From Rotaria socialis (Eukaryota), in contig CAJNYD010000449.1 in assembly GCA_905331295.1 (NCBI GenBank), positions 62,001-126,000 of the forward strand: 64,000 bases of DNA, read 5' to 3'. Under the pieces are notes generated by a model. That model was not told the origin of the DNA and did no database searches. It saw nothing but the letters and a program-made list of their open reading frames with translations. Each line of letters opens with the position of its first letter. Positions within the stretch are counted from its first letter, which is position 1. A program made the position numbers and the translations under genes. Shown piece by piece: positions 38,158 through 53,292 of this stretch.

Positions 38158-38760
38158 TTATTGTGTACTCAAAAAAAGTGAGTGCACTGGATTCGGTCAG
38201 TGTGTCTGTCCGGCCATCCGGCCATTAGCATAATAACTTTTGAAAGCCTCATCCAATTGTCATGAAATTTTGTACACAGAATGATCTCATCAATATCTCG
38301 GTCGAGTTCGAAGATGAGAAGGATCCGCCAAGTAATGGCTGAGTTATCGAAAAAATTGTTATTTTTGACCAGACCATCCCTGAGGGGGTACAGGAATTTT
38401 TTCAAAAAAACATTTTTTCTCAGAATTATTCACAACATATATAAATCGACTCAGTTTTTAACGCTGATTCTGATTCTGAATCTGATATTATTTTTGAACC
38501 AAATCGTAGTTTTCTAACGAAACATTGCCTGAAAAAGGTCTCAAAATGCACAAAAACTGCATCGAGAAAACAAATTGCCTAGATATGTCTGAGATGACCT
38601 GTAGTTTTGGGGTTTTCCAAAGGCCTGGTTTTGTAGCTAACCAAAAGGACTATCGAAAATTAAAAACCCGAACTCGATAGCTATTAATATTGATGATTTA
38701 TCACTTTTTGAAGTACACATAACACTCGGATTTAAATCCGAGGTTTTCGCATTTATTTTT
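38158..38760 (+). mobile_element. Helentron/DINE-1-like (HINE) element
   Basis: Subterminal IR TGTGTACTCAAAAAAAGTGA / TCACTTTTTGAAGTACACA, GTCY-like tract (gtgtgtctgtccggccatccggcc), 3' hairpin CTCGGATT-TA-AATCCGAG (38725-38742), T-rich flanks. Confidence 0.8.
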
Positions 38761-41700
38761 TCATTAGAAACTTTCTAAAATGCGGTTAAGTTTTCGGTAT
38801 ACGAAAAAGTGCTTCCAATCACTTCTGCAACATTGCCAAAGGCGACGAAATACTTTTGTACAGACCAAATAGTCTTATACTACCTTTATAAATTAAGCGA
38901 ATAGATTTCTCCTTATAATAATATCCACACATAGTTTAAATACTTAAATCTTCAAATTTTTGAGCGATACCAAAACATTTTTATATATCTTGTTCAAATT
39001 TTAACCCAGAATCAAGAAACAACCCTTAAACATTTTTTTACTCAGTATAGATAGAAACATCATCAGTTGTAGGAAACAGTACTCCCTCGTTTTTGCTGTT
39101 TTTAAATTCTATACTACCGAGTTTTTTGCTAGATATTCAATTAAAAATTTACTCACAGACCAACTTTTTCTTGCTAAGTCAATGCAAAATTGTCATTCAT
39201 GCAAAAGAACGGAAAAAAATCTATAAAATCTATATTTCGAAGCAACTTGTTTTTAAATAATTCAAGGTGCTCTCACATATGTCAAAGTACTTTGAAACAC
39301 TTTAAAATACTTCAAAGTACTTCGAAGTACTTTAAAGTAGTTAAAGTACAAAAGTACGATGGTTCCCCGTTGAAAACCAATACTTAAACCGTACATTCAA
39401 TTTTCAATCGCGTTATTATTTTTCACTCGGCTTAATAAGTTTTCTTTTAACTTTATGAATCCTTATGTATTTAAGTGTTGTATCATGTTGGAAAAATATT
39501 TTTCTTTATCTGTTTTCATGTGTTTTAGAATCAAGCAATATTAATATTTGTATCACATCAACGTTGTGACGAATATTTTGATATAATTATGTTTATATCC
39601 ACTGTAATTATTTAGCTACAAAGTGTTTTTTTTTGAAAACACAAAAATGTGTATAACACTATCAATATAACATTCCAAACACCACACTACTAATTAAAAT
39701 GTCTCAGATTATTTTTCTTTTTTTTTGTGAATAGTTTCATAGTGGAAAACATTACAGAAGAGAAGTATTTTTCTAAAAATGCTAATACTTATCGACATTC
39801 AATGACATTTTTTAGCAGCCATTATGTTCTTATTAATCACGAGTTTCTTTTTTTTTGAGAAATCATTGTCATATTCAATTCTAGATCATAGGAGAACATA
39901 TATATAGATTTTACTATTTAAGAAAACGATTCGTCTGAATTTTACATTATCAATTGTGTTTCTTGCTTTGGTAAATACTGAAGTAAGCTATTTCTCATCA
40001 GTATAACATCTGCTCGGTATTGTTCTTTATTTCAAGACAAAACAAAGAAAGCATCTGTTTTATGACCGTGCAATAATTATTAAAGAAGCCATTCGTCACG
40101 TGTTTATGTATTTCCCGCAAATGTTCTAATATCACATTTCATAGGAAATAGAATCGGTTTGATTATAGATAATTTAGTAAGCGAAATAGAAGTTAGTAGT
40201 AAAAATAAAACTTATTCAATCCATGATCTTTGGTATTTAGTGCTGTTCTAGATATTATAAAAAATATTTCTTTCGTAATTTTATATCTTGATGATTATAG
40301 CTATTAAAAAGTTCCTGTCCTTTTCACAGTTAGTTGTTTTGTTCTACTACTATTATTTAAAAATCTTCTATATATATATACATTATTTTTAACTTGACTA
40401 AATACGCTTTTCGCCTTGTTTTTCGTCTGTAACAACATTTTATAGTATGTTTTTCCGCCATTTGCTGAGAAATTCTTAAAATTTATTTATAGATCAATTT
40501 GAATAACCATAATTTATTGATTTAATTTGATTTAGCTTATTTCCATCATATACTTATTGATGAATCTATGATGAATACAATTAAATTTTGTCGATTCGTG
40601 CATCTCTATTAGGATATATTCATGAAAGGAATTTGCGATGAGTTTTGCTTAGTCATTTTTCGATTTTACTACATACACATGTTTTCTTTTACGACGAAAT
40701 GTAACTTAAACTAATGAGAAAAATATTTAATCACATAATGTCTCTTCTAAGAAATAGCACAAGAGTATCGGAAATAGTGCTCTATTTTGAATACATTAAA
40801 AGCATCAATACAGGACTCTTGACAAAAAGAAGATATTTTTTCAATTATTTACAATCTTGTTTTCTGTATAAAAACTGACTCATATTCACAGAAAACTTCA
40901 GATGATTCTTTTTTCTTAGTCATTACTAAGTACATTGATTTTTCGAACTGTAATAAATTCGACGTAGCTTCATAAGGAAAAGGCGGCGACACATTCGTGT
41001 GGACTCTTTTTTGTTATGAAGAACATTTTCTTTATCATTTGCTTCGTTTAAACAGCAAAAATTATCATTCAATATTTTTTCTTTCTAATTTGTTGGCGTC
41101 CTCCTTTTTGCATAGTATATAAAAATCATATCTACATCATAGCACTTTTTTTCTGCTACCATTATCAATCCCATTCAAAGAGAACAACCAGAGGCCTTTT
41201 CTTTTCTTGATGAACCATAGTCGCGTTTCAACTGGCATATTCTTTATTTGCTGTAACTACTAGCTCTATTTCACATATGTTTTCATCGTGCTATTAGATA
41301 TCGCTTGCTGTTGTTCTTCCTCTTCGTTCTAGTTCGATATTTTCCATCTCGTATCTACAGTTGATTATTCTTTGTCGATCTTATTTATCATAAGCAATCA
41401 TATGAAGCGTTCTATTGTCATCTATCAATATATATTTATTTCCTTTTATAATTTTATTTTCATGTAAATTCTAGGCAATATAAATCAAAGATCTTAAAAC
41501 AGAAAAAACTCATAATAAGAAAACCTTTTGGATTGAACATTTTTCATAACCTAACTTTATCGTTGTCACTTATTTAGTGGATCTTGTCAATCTTAAAACT
41601 CAATCTTAGCCGAAATAATAAAATAAACAATGTTAGACTCAAATAGTATACTATTCATTAGTTAGTTTTTAGTTTTTTAAAATTTATTATCTCTATCAAT

Positions 41701-41822
41701 TACTGTCTAAACCATTGATCATAGTTATTTCTTTTTCTTTTGCGCATCAAGATTTACAGAATTTTATCTACTTTAGTAATGTAATTCATATTTAATATAA
41801 TTAATTCTACTTAGAATAAACA

Positions 41823-42926
41823 ATGAATATCGAAATAAATCAAACAACAATTATCAATAACGATCAAGATAAAGAAGTATTTGAAAGTATTCAAATAATA
41901 TGTGGCTTATATCTTATACCAATCGTCTGCGTACCTGGTCTTATCGGAAATATTTTATGTATCATCATATTTATTACAAATAGTATGCAACGTTTTCTAA
42001 CGACACAGTTTCTTCTCTTTTTGGCTATAACCGATGTCATTAAACTTTCAAATGATTTGCTCTATTCTATTGTACTTATTATTCAAGCATTTAATCAACA
42101 ATATGGAAAAAAATTATTTCTTATACTCTATCGTTATTGCCATTATATTAATACAGTTTCAACATTATGTGCAGCATGGCTGACATTGATTGTTGCTATT
42201 GAGAGGTAAAATGATTTAATTAATTTAAAATATTAAATATTGATTTTTTTTCTTCTTCGTTTGTATAGATATGTATTATGTAGTGCAAATAATCGCAAGC
42301 GTGTTATTGTTCAAAAGAATTCTCGTATTTTATGTTATTTAATTATATTTTGCAGTCTTATTCTAGCTTTGCCTGTCTCATTTCGTTATGAAATTGTTCC
42401 ATTATCAACAAACAATCAAACGTTAAATAATTCTGATTCTTTAGTGAATTTATCAAAATTTGGTAGTTCACGTTTGTTTCGTGCTTATTCAATTACAATC
42501 GATCTTATAAGGGCAATTATTCCGTCGTTATTACTTTTTTATTTAAATACACGTATCATTTATTTACTTTACCGAATGAAATCGTCAGCTGGAACAGCAT
42601 TTTCTCGTTTAACAATCAGTCTCATTATTATAATTGGATGTTTTATCTGTTGCTATTTTCCTGATGCTCTTTTATCACTCATACTTAACATGGGTTATAT
42701 TGATGAATCTTATCAAAAGAGAGCAATAAGAGAAATCAGTGATTTTTTTGTTACATTTAATTCAGCTGTTAATTTTCCTGTGTATTTTTCCATATCATCT
42801 ACATTTCAACGTTCAGTTTTACGTTTATTTGAACGTAAAGGCAAAAGTGTTTCTACTACAGCATATGATGATGTCCTACTACGACAACAGCAACAACCAT
42901 TGAATAATATAAGGAATATAGTGTAA
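41823..42926 (+). CDS. Class A (rhodopsin-like) GPCR, FMRFamide/peptide-receptor-like; exons 41823-42205 and 42269-42926
   Basis: Seven hydrophobic helices. TM1 GLIGN, TM2 LAITD, TM3 ERY split by a phase-2 intron (42206-42268), TM6 FICCYFP, TM7 NSAVNFPVY. N-terminal NQT sequon. Confidence 0.92.
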
Positions 42927-42927
42927 C

Positions 42928-42928
<1 letters not shown>

Positions 42929-42965
<37 letters not shown>
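42929..42965. repeat. (TA)n microsatellite directly after the GPCR stop codon
   Basis: Directly visible. Confidence 0.95.
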
Positions 42966-42968
<3 letters not shown>

Positions 42969-45900
42969 AGCCACTTGTTTATGTTGTTTTTCTTTTTCTA
43001 TACATCAATATAAATAGATGATTGAATGTTGTAACTTCTAAAGTTCACTATGTCATCTATGTGTTGTCTATCAAAACAAAATCTTTGCTAGATTATCACT
43101 CGAAACATCATATTAGAGCAACAAACACATCGCGTGTCTTTTTTGTGCAAAATCTCACTCATTCTTTCTGATAAAGAAAGTAATATCCGCTCAGGAAGAG
43201 ATGCTACTTTGCTTTTTACAATAGCAAGAAAATGTTTTAGTTTTTACTTCTCTTTTTATATTAAAGAATATTTTCAAGCACAATGAAAGTTTTTTCAAAT
43301 CAACTTGTTGCTTCGTTGTTCTTATAAATAAAAGTATTTTTTTATTTCCCAAAGAAATACGGATGTTAAGAAAAATCATCTAAAATATATGGATCAGATT
43401 TCTTTTGTTTTACAATCTCTTAAGCATAAGATAGAAATAATGAAAATCGCATAGTTCCTTTCTTTCGTAGTATTAAATTAAATACATTGTAGACAGTTGT
43501 ATGGTTTCAATAGAATGAAAAGCTACTGCAATCAATCAACTAAGTTCAAGCTACTGTTGTCTATGTTAAGGTGAGTCTGTCACAAAATAATACCCTTGAT
43601 AAAGATTTACATGAGACTTCTTCATATTTGTAAACCTATTGTTTCCAGATTATTAGTATCAAGCTGAATTAGCATTTTGAAATCTTATTTTTTTAAGATA
43701 TTCCATCACAAGACTATCATGAAAACTTTACATTGTGACTCCTTAGCAACTTTCATGTCGTTCGAAGTGTAGTTGACGAAGCAAAAACTAATTCTCTAGA
43801 TAACTGTTTTGTATTTCTCAATATTTTGTAGTTCATTCGATTACCATGCCATTTCTGCTATAGGTCAATGAGACCTTGCTCATAAATTACTCTTTTACTT
43901 TCATTTCAAATTTATGTAATAAAATCCATCGAATAAAAGTAATAAGAATAAGAGTAAATTTAGATTAATGCGACTTCATATGTAATATAAAAAGACGAAA
44001 TCAAAGACACATAAAATCAAGAAAATAATTATGTAATTCCGTTAGTCTTTCATCAAATCCAACACGTTGATTATGGAACATACAAAAGGAACGCATAAAA
44101 AGAATAATCTGTGTACATTAAAAATTTACATGTTTCATTTTGATTCAGAATGCTCATATGTATTTTCTGGAATCCATAATATGTGATGTTATAGAAGTAT
44201 TATCTCATTTGACTGATTTTTGTTTGGAAAATTTTCTATAATAAATAGTCGTTCTATTTCCCTATGTATTCATGAATATATTTTTTCTATTTAATATCTT
44301 CGTTTCTTTTGATAGTCACTTGAAACTAATGCATTCTCCGATTAAATATTTTTGTATTCATTAAATTTTGCTTAACAATTATTTATCTGTGTTCTATAGA
44401 ATTGAATAAATTGTCTATAAATACTAATATGCGTGTATAGCTATCATGTAGAAAAAAATTTCTTCAATTGAAGATACGATGTTTTTAGCAAAAACGAAAA
44501 ACCTTAATCTGAAACCCGAGATTAAATAAAGTTTTGGCTGATAGGTCAAGAATTTGGAAAAAAGAATACTAATAACAACATTGATTAATGTATTCTAATT
44601 AATCTATTATGTATCTGTGCTTAATCAAAGGTCTTCTGGTAGATTATTATGTACATAATATGTTTAAAAAGAGAAAGAAATCATCAAAAATTTGGTCAAT
44701 TGAATAGACTAATAAAAATTTTCTGACAAATTGTTTCTCAAAGGTTCACTGATAGGAAGAAATTCTATTTCTATTTTAAATAAACATCTCTAATATAAAT
44801 TAATATTAGCAATATAATTATATGAAAAGATGTTATTAGCGGGAGAACTTTTAGTTCGATTTCTTTTTATTTATTTCAAATCGAACATATATCAGACCAC
44901 ACTTTTACGCTCATTTCACACGCGCGCACATAGACTACTCTAAAGAAAAAGTAATCGATATACATATATATATATATCGAGGGTTTGAGAAAGAAATACA
45001 AGTGCAAAATAAAGAATGATCTGAGATAGTTCATATTAAAGAAAAAGAAAAACATAATAAGGGTTAGCCATTAACAGATGTAATTTTATTATTAGAATTT
45101 AAGATGACAGGAGATTATTCTATTACACCAGATAAATGAGTTTGATTAATAGAATTACGAATGGCTCGGAAGTAATCCAGATGTAATAACATTGTTCGTA
45201 GCATATTTCTATCTCGGTCATTTTTACTTCTCATAGCATGATTTTATTATTCAGGTAACTTATCATGTGACAGATAGTAAAAGATTACTTTCTGTTTGAA
45301 AAAATTTCATTCATACAATCCAAAGAATGAAACACTTGTAAAGATTAAAGTTTCGAACAACATTAAAACTTTCTTAATATTTTCAGGAAAAAATCTAGGG
45401 CGTAAACGATATTGTTAGATCGTTCATTCGATTCAATAACTGATCTTTTCAAAAAAATGAAAGTTGAACGCCAACTGCAACCGATATATGAATTTCATAC
45501 TGAGATTCACCTATTACGAATTATACAATGCTTAGTAATATCGGTTCACGCTTTTTTCTAGTTCCGGTTCAATGCATATACCTATACTCTAATTTTTGTA
45601 GAAATTATACCTCCCAATGCAGCAGAACAGAAAATACTGTAAATCAAAATCAAAATAGCAGTTCTGTTTGTGGCTTTTCTATGAGTGACTTCTAAATTCT
45701 TTTATGGCCGAATTATCGCTTCAGCACAGTGAAGTATGAAAAATAGTCTTTTTTTTCTTGTCCTTTTTAAAAATAATTTAATTTAGACTCCTCGTATCTA
45801 TTGTACAACAAAAAATAAATCATTCATTTGTACCATGCCAAAAAATATACACTAGTATCATAATTGATCGAACATTTATATTGGATTGGATTCTTTGGAT

Positions 45901-47695
45901 AGAATAATTTAGATTTCTCTAAAACTTTCGTTTTCATGTACATTCTTATTTAAGTAATTTCAAGCATTGAATTCTAAGTGGTGTCTAGATTTTCTAGACA
46001 ATTGAGTATGAAATATATTGCGTAAAAACTAAGCTTTTCGTGAAAAAATTGATTATCCATCACCACAGAAATACGAAGATACCAAAAAAAATATCAGATT
46101 ATGGCTTTCTTATACATTTTTTTCTCATAAAATCTGAGCAATTGATACTACAATCAAGTAACACTATGATGTAAAATATTACGCATTAAATTGAAACAAA
46201 ACTAAAATTGTGATAACGTCAACGTTTAATTATTTACAATAACAATTTTGCAATATTCTTCCATTGACAAATATCTGAGTTGAGAAATACACCATTCGAA
46301 GTTTCCTATCAAAATCAGCAGCATTCAATTTTATTCAAATGTTTTTGCAGTAATGTAAAACAACATACTATAAAAATTTCATCAATAGTGTTTCATAAAT
46401 AAGTAAATACCAAATATTTTTTCAATATATATTTGCCTTGGCTTATTGTTAAGATACGAATATAATCGTCCAAGAAATTTCGTAATTATGATTTGAGCTT
46501 GGACAAAAACCAATCCTTTTTTATATACGTAATTGTCGAAACCTCTTCTGAATGGTATGCATTTGAAAACGAGCAAAACATCAAAAGAAGATATAACATA
46601 TTATCCAATCTCGAAAAATTATATTCAAAGTAATTCATGAATATTAACAATTGAGAAGAGTTTTTAAAATTTTGTTGAACAAGCGTTTATTTGTTTGTCA
46701 AAAACTAACTATTTGTTTCCATTTATACAAGATCAGATTTTTGGCATATTTGCTACATAACAAAACTTTCTACAAAAAAATATAATTCTCAAATTCTGCT
46801 AATAGTCAAACAAACACAATTTATCTCGTTCAAACTAATGTATTGAAATTTTCTTTTCATTGTTTCAGTAGAAATAATTTCTTATTCTATATTTCGAAAA
46901 TGAAGAGTCTTTAGAATATTAAATCTTCCGAATAGTATTATAAATAGAGCAGAAGAAAACAACATATAACCTATCGTCAATTGTATTCGTCTTTAATGGA
47001 TTCTGAAGGGACAATGAATACAATTATCAAAAGTTTACTTTACAATTCATAGCTATCGACTGTCACATCATCTCAATGTTTACTTCTTACATTACTTCCA
47101 ATATTTTGCTGGCTTGATTTTCTTCAAAGTTCTAGGGTATCATGTGTACAAAAAAATCAATTCAAATATATAGACGAATGAAAAAAAAGTAAAATTTTAT
47201 TTTATATTCCGTTGGTAGGATTTCTTTCGATGTAATCATAATATTGGTCTATTCTTTCTTCTAGTTTTCAAAGAAAACTTCATTAATTCATAGTAAGTCA
47301 TTTCTTCTATTTGAATCATATTTTTCTAAAATTCTATTTAATCAACTTCACTTGTATATTGTTGTAATTTAGCACCAATCATCATTTTCAACTTCAGGTA
47401 ATCACCAGAAAATTGCTCACAAGTTTCTTTTTTTATATAACTATCAAATATATGATATGAATGTTTGTTTGTTTTTTGTATATTGAAATTGTACAGAAGC
47501 ACAAATATATATATATTAACTAAAGATAACCACAAATATTCTCTCGAGGTCTTTTTCTGTTAAAATTAAAATTGTGTCACGAAAAAAAAAGAAGCATATT
47601 GAGCATATAAAGACGAGGACAAAAGCGAAGCAAAACCAGAAAATAGACAAAACACAAAAGAAAAAAGAAATGAAAACAAACGTTGAAGAAAAACA

Positions 47696-50258
47696 TTAAC
47701 ACGCTGAACAGTAATAAGCATTTTGTGCCATTGAATATAATTTGTCAATTGGATTTTGACTACGATTTAGTGGATCTTCGTTAATATCACCATCACTATT
47801 TTCATGTGAAGGATAACAATTTTCATTGATTAAATGATGATGTCGACCATCAGCTATAATAATCAACAATAAACAAATATGTAGAATAAATAATATCGAA
47901 AAAAAAATTTATCAACATACTTGATTCTTGTTTATTATTTTCATCATTTGACGATCCAAAACCATTTGACATACTGTGTGGGATTGATTCTTCTGATGAG
48001 CATTGACTATTTTCTGTGAGAAGAAACAAAGACATAATATTTGTTAGAAGTTTCAAATAGAAATTTCGGATTTCAAGAAAAAAAAATTTATTTATTGAAA
48101 TTGCTTACCTATATTTTCTCCTTCTTCATCAAACATATAATGATTTAATAGGCCATCATTCGTCATTTTTTTCTTTGGTTTTTTTTCATTTATTTCATTG
48201 GCACTATTTTGCTGCTGACGACGTTGCAACTTTTTCATCTGATATAATTAGAATTTATTTATAATTTTATTGTATTGCTTTCTTGTCAACTTTTTCAAAC
48301 TTACTTTAGCTCGTTCATTCTGAAACCACACTTGAACGACACGCACTGATAGGCCAGTTTCACTTGCAAGACCTTCTCGGACCTGTTAAATATTAAATTA
48401 AATTAAATATAAACATTAATTGATTAATATGTCCGATTTCTTTTACTTTTCGACATGGTTTTGAACTGACATCAAATGCTTGTTTAAATTTACGCCGTTG
48501 TACTGATGTTAAAATGGTTCGTGGTCGTTTAGGCCCACGACCATTTCGCATATGATTATGTCCCGATTGATGTACACCAGTGCCCATCGTAGCAGCGTCA
48601 GAAGAACAACAATCATCTTCATAACTATCTTCTTCATCACCTAATCAATATAAATTTCAAATGTTTACTTTCTTTTTCTTAATTTAATAAAATTCAACTC
48701 ACTTCTATTACATCGAATTGTAGGTTGTTGATGATGTGATCCAATCATTTGTTGTTGTGATTGTTGATGATGTTGAAAGTCGGCATGACAAAGAAGTAAA
48801 CCATCACGAAACATATACGGATCACCTTTATGCAAATGATCATCACATAGAGAACATCTAAAGCATTGTAAATGAAACACTTGACCCGATGTTTTCATAA
48901 TTATTTCATCCGGTTGAAGAATTGCTTTACATCTTGAACATCGCATACCGAAATTTCTAATAGGCAAAAAATAAATTATCCAAATATAGTTAATTTTTTG
49001 TCGAAATATATAAAAATAAAAATCAATCAACACTTGACTCGTACAATAGGGTTACCTTATAAGAGATAAACACCTGTGCTCTACACTCTTAACTGTCAAT
49101 CTTTCTCTTTTGTGAAACTAGAAGTTTTTTTCCTACCTATTGTATCCAACTAATCACAATGGAAACTGATCATAATCAATGTCTGCTTTTTTTCATTCTT
49201 ACTGTCGCATTGCCTGCCATATGAACACTTGAAAAAGCGAGCAGGAGCATGAACGATCGATTGTCGCACACATAAGTATCTCACTCAGTTTCTCCGTCAT
49301 CAATTGAACTGGAAAAAGAAGGAATAAAGAGAGGTAAAGGGAATATGTAGTAAAGGTCTGTCTGCGCATGTAAATAAGCAACATACAGCAATTGACGATG
49401 ACGAGCACTTGAGTAACCAAAGAGAGCAAGAAGCACGGGAGAGCGAGAGAGAGAGAGAGAGAGAGAAAGAGATCGAGAGTCAAAAGGTGTACACGCACGT
49501 GCCCTGTCAATTCTCATAAACAGTAAAATAGAAGTACTCTTACGCTCGATGTATCTTCATCGATGCCCTGAAAACAAGTATCGCAGGATGCGCGTCAACT
49601 TCCGCTCACAATGACTTCCGTTTCTATATCGGACACATATATCGCTTTTTTTTTAATATTCATTCCTCGTCCCATTTTTTAATGCTTCGTGTCTCTTTCA
49701 TTGCCTCAAAGAGATACATCTGTATCCGTTTGAAAAAACAAAAATTGAGCAAAGCGAAAAAAATTCTAATTAAAAAATTATACCACTGATGTTTAAAATG
49801 TTTTCATTGCGCAGTCAATGACGAGGAAAAAAGCAAAGAACAAAAAGCGCACATCCCTGAAGCGATTGATATACGAATAGATCTGAATATTATATTTTTA
49901 TATTTTACTTACTGAAAATAATCTCTTTTACAATAGATTTTTCCTTTTTTCTGATAGCATGTAGATATCAATGGTTCTTGACATTCCGCACAGACAAGAC
50001 AACGTTCATGCCAACATGTTCCCATTACACATAATAGAAATTGTTCATCGATCGGCAGAGAACAACCTGCGCAAATAGTAGATCTCACTGAATTTGATGG
50101 TGTTGATGGTGATTCATGCATTCTATAATAAAAGAATAAGAAAATTACTATCATATCAAGTAATAAATCTATTTATACCTATCATATGGACAAGGAGTAA
50201 CTGCTTGATCAAGAAAATTAATCAGATGATGATGATGATTACCATCATATGACTCCAT
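47696..50258 (-). CDS. LMX1: LIM-homeobox transcription factor Lmx1, about 8 exons
   Basis: LIM1 ([31 protein letters not shown]...YCKRDY), LIM2 (CSRC...[11 protein letters not shown]...LLCHADF), homeodomain [59 protein letters not shown], and the Lmx-type C-terminal motif NPIDKLYSM. Confidence 0.94.
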
Positions 50259-53200
50259 TTTCTCTATTTCTCCGTAGCTTTTTTATTCTATCACTCAAAC
50301 TGGTCTCTCTTTTCCAACAAGGATAAGTGATGATAAGGATGCTCATATACTCAGCATGGCTACAGATGGTATCGTCCTCTTTCGTTATTTTAAAATTTCA
50401 GCTGCTGCCACTTTTCAAATAGAGACAAAATATACCGGAAAAAAAAGAATTCTCACCTTTTCAATCGATTGATGTACTACTATTGATTGGTGGTACGTTA
50501 AGGTAGTTACGTCAACAACTTCTCTGATGAGAATATGTATGTCTGTGTTTCTTGAGAGAGAAATGTGAGAGAGAGAGAGAAAAGATGGCAAATATTTGCT
50601 CAATTCGGTAGCAGTGTTCGTCGCCGATTGGTTGTATGCTGTAGAAAAAAGAATCAGAACGGAGCATTCATTGTACTATCGTTATTCATTGGTTGTTTGC
50701 GAAAGGAAGAAGAAGTGGCATTAAATATATACTGCCATTCTGACGTCATGTTCTTTTATATTCGCTTGTCGCTTTCTTTTCTTTTTTTTTATTCCTACGT
50801 CACATCAAAAATATTTTATCAACAAAAAATTGTTAGTCTTTATCAAACTTCTGAAGATATCGTAGGAACTGCATTATCCGGTTTTATTCTTCTTCATAAC
50901 ATATTTTAAATGAGAATTCAGAACTATACATAAAATGTCACTAAGATTTTTCTAATATATAAATATATATTTATATATTTATTTTTATCAGGAACAACAA
51001 GGTTAACTTGAACATTTGGTAAATGTTTCAAAATTTTTGGTGTATTAAATTAAGAACTTGTGTGTCAAAGAGTATTCTTACAATTAAATTTGATTCCATC
51101 CTATCTATCTTCAACTTTAAAAATTGCCGACTATTACATAAATCTTTTGAATAAAAAGTATTAATATTTAGCAAACTAAAGAAGCATAGCATGAAAATTT
51201 AAAAAACAATTTCTTTTAAATTATTCATCAAGTAGAAATTCATCTAAAAATAAATGAAACTTTTTCAATCGAATAGCTGACCATAGTAAAGAATATATTA
51301 TTTGTTAAAGTTTAATTATCTTATCTTTCATAGTCATATTATATTTAGTGAAATAATTTTTTTTCAAGATAATGTTATAACAATATTTTCACAATCTTTG
51401 CATTTCAAGCATATATTAAAATAAAGCTTTATAAAACTTGTATGCTATGCAGTAACACAAATAACTGGCTCATGAAACAGTTTATTTTAACTTTTTTTTT
51501 CTTCAAAATTTTATCATGGAGAAAACTGAACTTAAACTCTGTCATAATGAATGAATAGTCAGATAAACGTTGCATAGAAAACAATTCTCATCCGATAGAG
51601 ATCAAAAAAAAATAGAATACAAAAGTTAACCGAAGAATGTGAATCGTCACACACCGATAGAGAGAGGGAGAGATGATCCTCGATAAGAACGAATCGAAGC
51701 AAACAAATATATCTCTCGTTCAATTGTTTTTCCTTGTTTCTCAGTCTATCAATCGTTTAATCTGGTTTGATAAACATACGCTAACATGAGTACACAGACA
51801 TAGTCAGAACACACACAGAGGTGAGAAGCTCAAATATACACACATATTGCTGGCAGCAGTTATATCTTTATTTACCAATTAATCTATGTGAAAAAATGAT
51901 GAAGTTCTTCAACTAACGGGAAATATACACTTGATTGATTGACCGATTGACTGTCTTATTTTTGTTTTGTCGTCGATGTCACACATTTATGGTACTATTG
52001 TCGGTGTTAATCAATCGATCATTATCGTCGATTCAATATTTATATATGCTAACAAATACAGGTGAAAGTAAACTAGAACTTCTAAAAGAATGAGAATCAG
52101 TGCCAACAACAGAACATAAGATCAAACACATCACTGCGACATCCGCCGAACGTGATCATCCATGCTGTTGACGAATAATGAATGGCATTGTATGGTATTA
52201 CATGGTATAGGTAAAGAAAGAAAGAAAGAAAGAAAGAAAGGGCGACAATGAACAATCTTGTGCAAGACACGCACACTTCCTGACTCCACCTCTTCAATTC
52301 TTACCGACCGGAGGTGGGTATACTTCAAAGACTGTTTTATTTTTCAATGAATGACATCTGCTCTTGTCTGTATTTTGTTTGTTTATTTTGTTTGATAAAG
52401 AAATACTATGATACCATTTATCATTGGCGCACTTGATATTTTTTAAATTCAAAATCGTGATTTCGAATCTCATTTTTCTCGTATTCATTTCTAATTCCAT
52501 AAATTATCTAATTTCATATTTATATATATTATATAATGATTTTTGCTTAATCAATATCAAGATATTTCACTGAAGAGAACATATTTTTAAATTTAATCAT
52601 ACAATTATCAATATGAATATCTAAGTAAACAATATAAATTAATCAATGCCTCGCCATGCATTTCTTCAATCGAAAACAACTTTAACAACATGTAAAAAAA
52701 ATTCAAATCAATCTGAGAGGTTCGTTTAATTTTTATTTAAATCGTTCTTAGATTTATTCATTATTCCCTATCATAAATAGATAATCAGTAATTCTACTTA
52801 TAGGAAAATTAACTTATGATTAGGAAGACTTTTCTATATTTTTTGTTTTTTGTGTTATATAGGATTCATGATAAGGAAAATGAAAAAAATGACAATGATC
52901 AAATGAGAAAATATTTAACAAATAAAAGAGACAATGTAGTCATATTTCAACAGCATGGACAAAGATGGTCTAAGGTACATCAAATATACGTCAATTCTAA
53001 AAGATTATTGATCTAATGAAGATACTAAAGCTACTGACTATGATTTCGTGATGCTTAAAATTAAATTGTCTTTCGAGTTAGGTTTAGTGATCGAAGAAGT
53101 TTATTGACAACAGATAATTCAGTTAAATTTTCCGCCATTGTTATTGATGTTTTCTTTAGTAGAATTTTATATAATTTTCTGTTTTTTTAATGCTCGAAAT

Positions 53201-53292
53201 GAATGTTTAATTAACAAGTACGAAGAAATAATTCCACAGTTTCTGAAATATTTGTGAATATTCTATAATTAATATCTAAAATTTATTTTTAG

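Larger units (their letters stand above)
34296..39372. mobile_element. Putative large P-element-like non-autonomous unit (matching TIR pair) containing nested elements and the gap
   Basis: Left end CAAGGGGGAAACATCGTACTTTT; reverse complement of right end CAACGGGGAACCATCGTACTTTT. Both have subterminal AAGTAC/GTACTT arrays. No TSD seen, so the ends could belong to two copies. Confidence 0.55.

Noticed and set aside
45397..45555. Degenerate inverted ends GCGT(A/G)AAC(C)GATATT
   Set aside because: Probably an old MITE, but there is no TSD and the match is weak.
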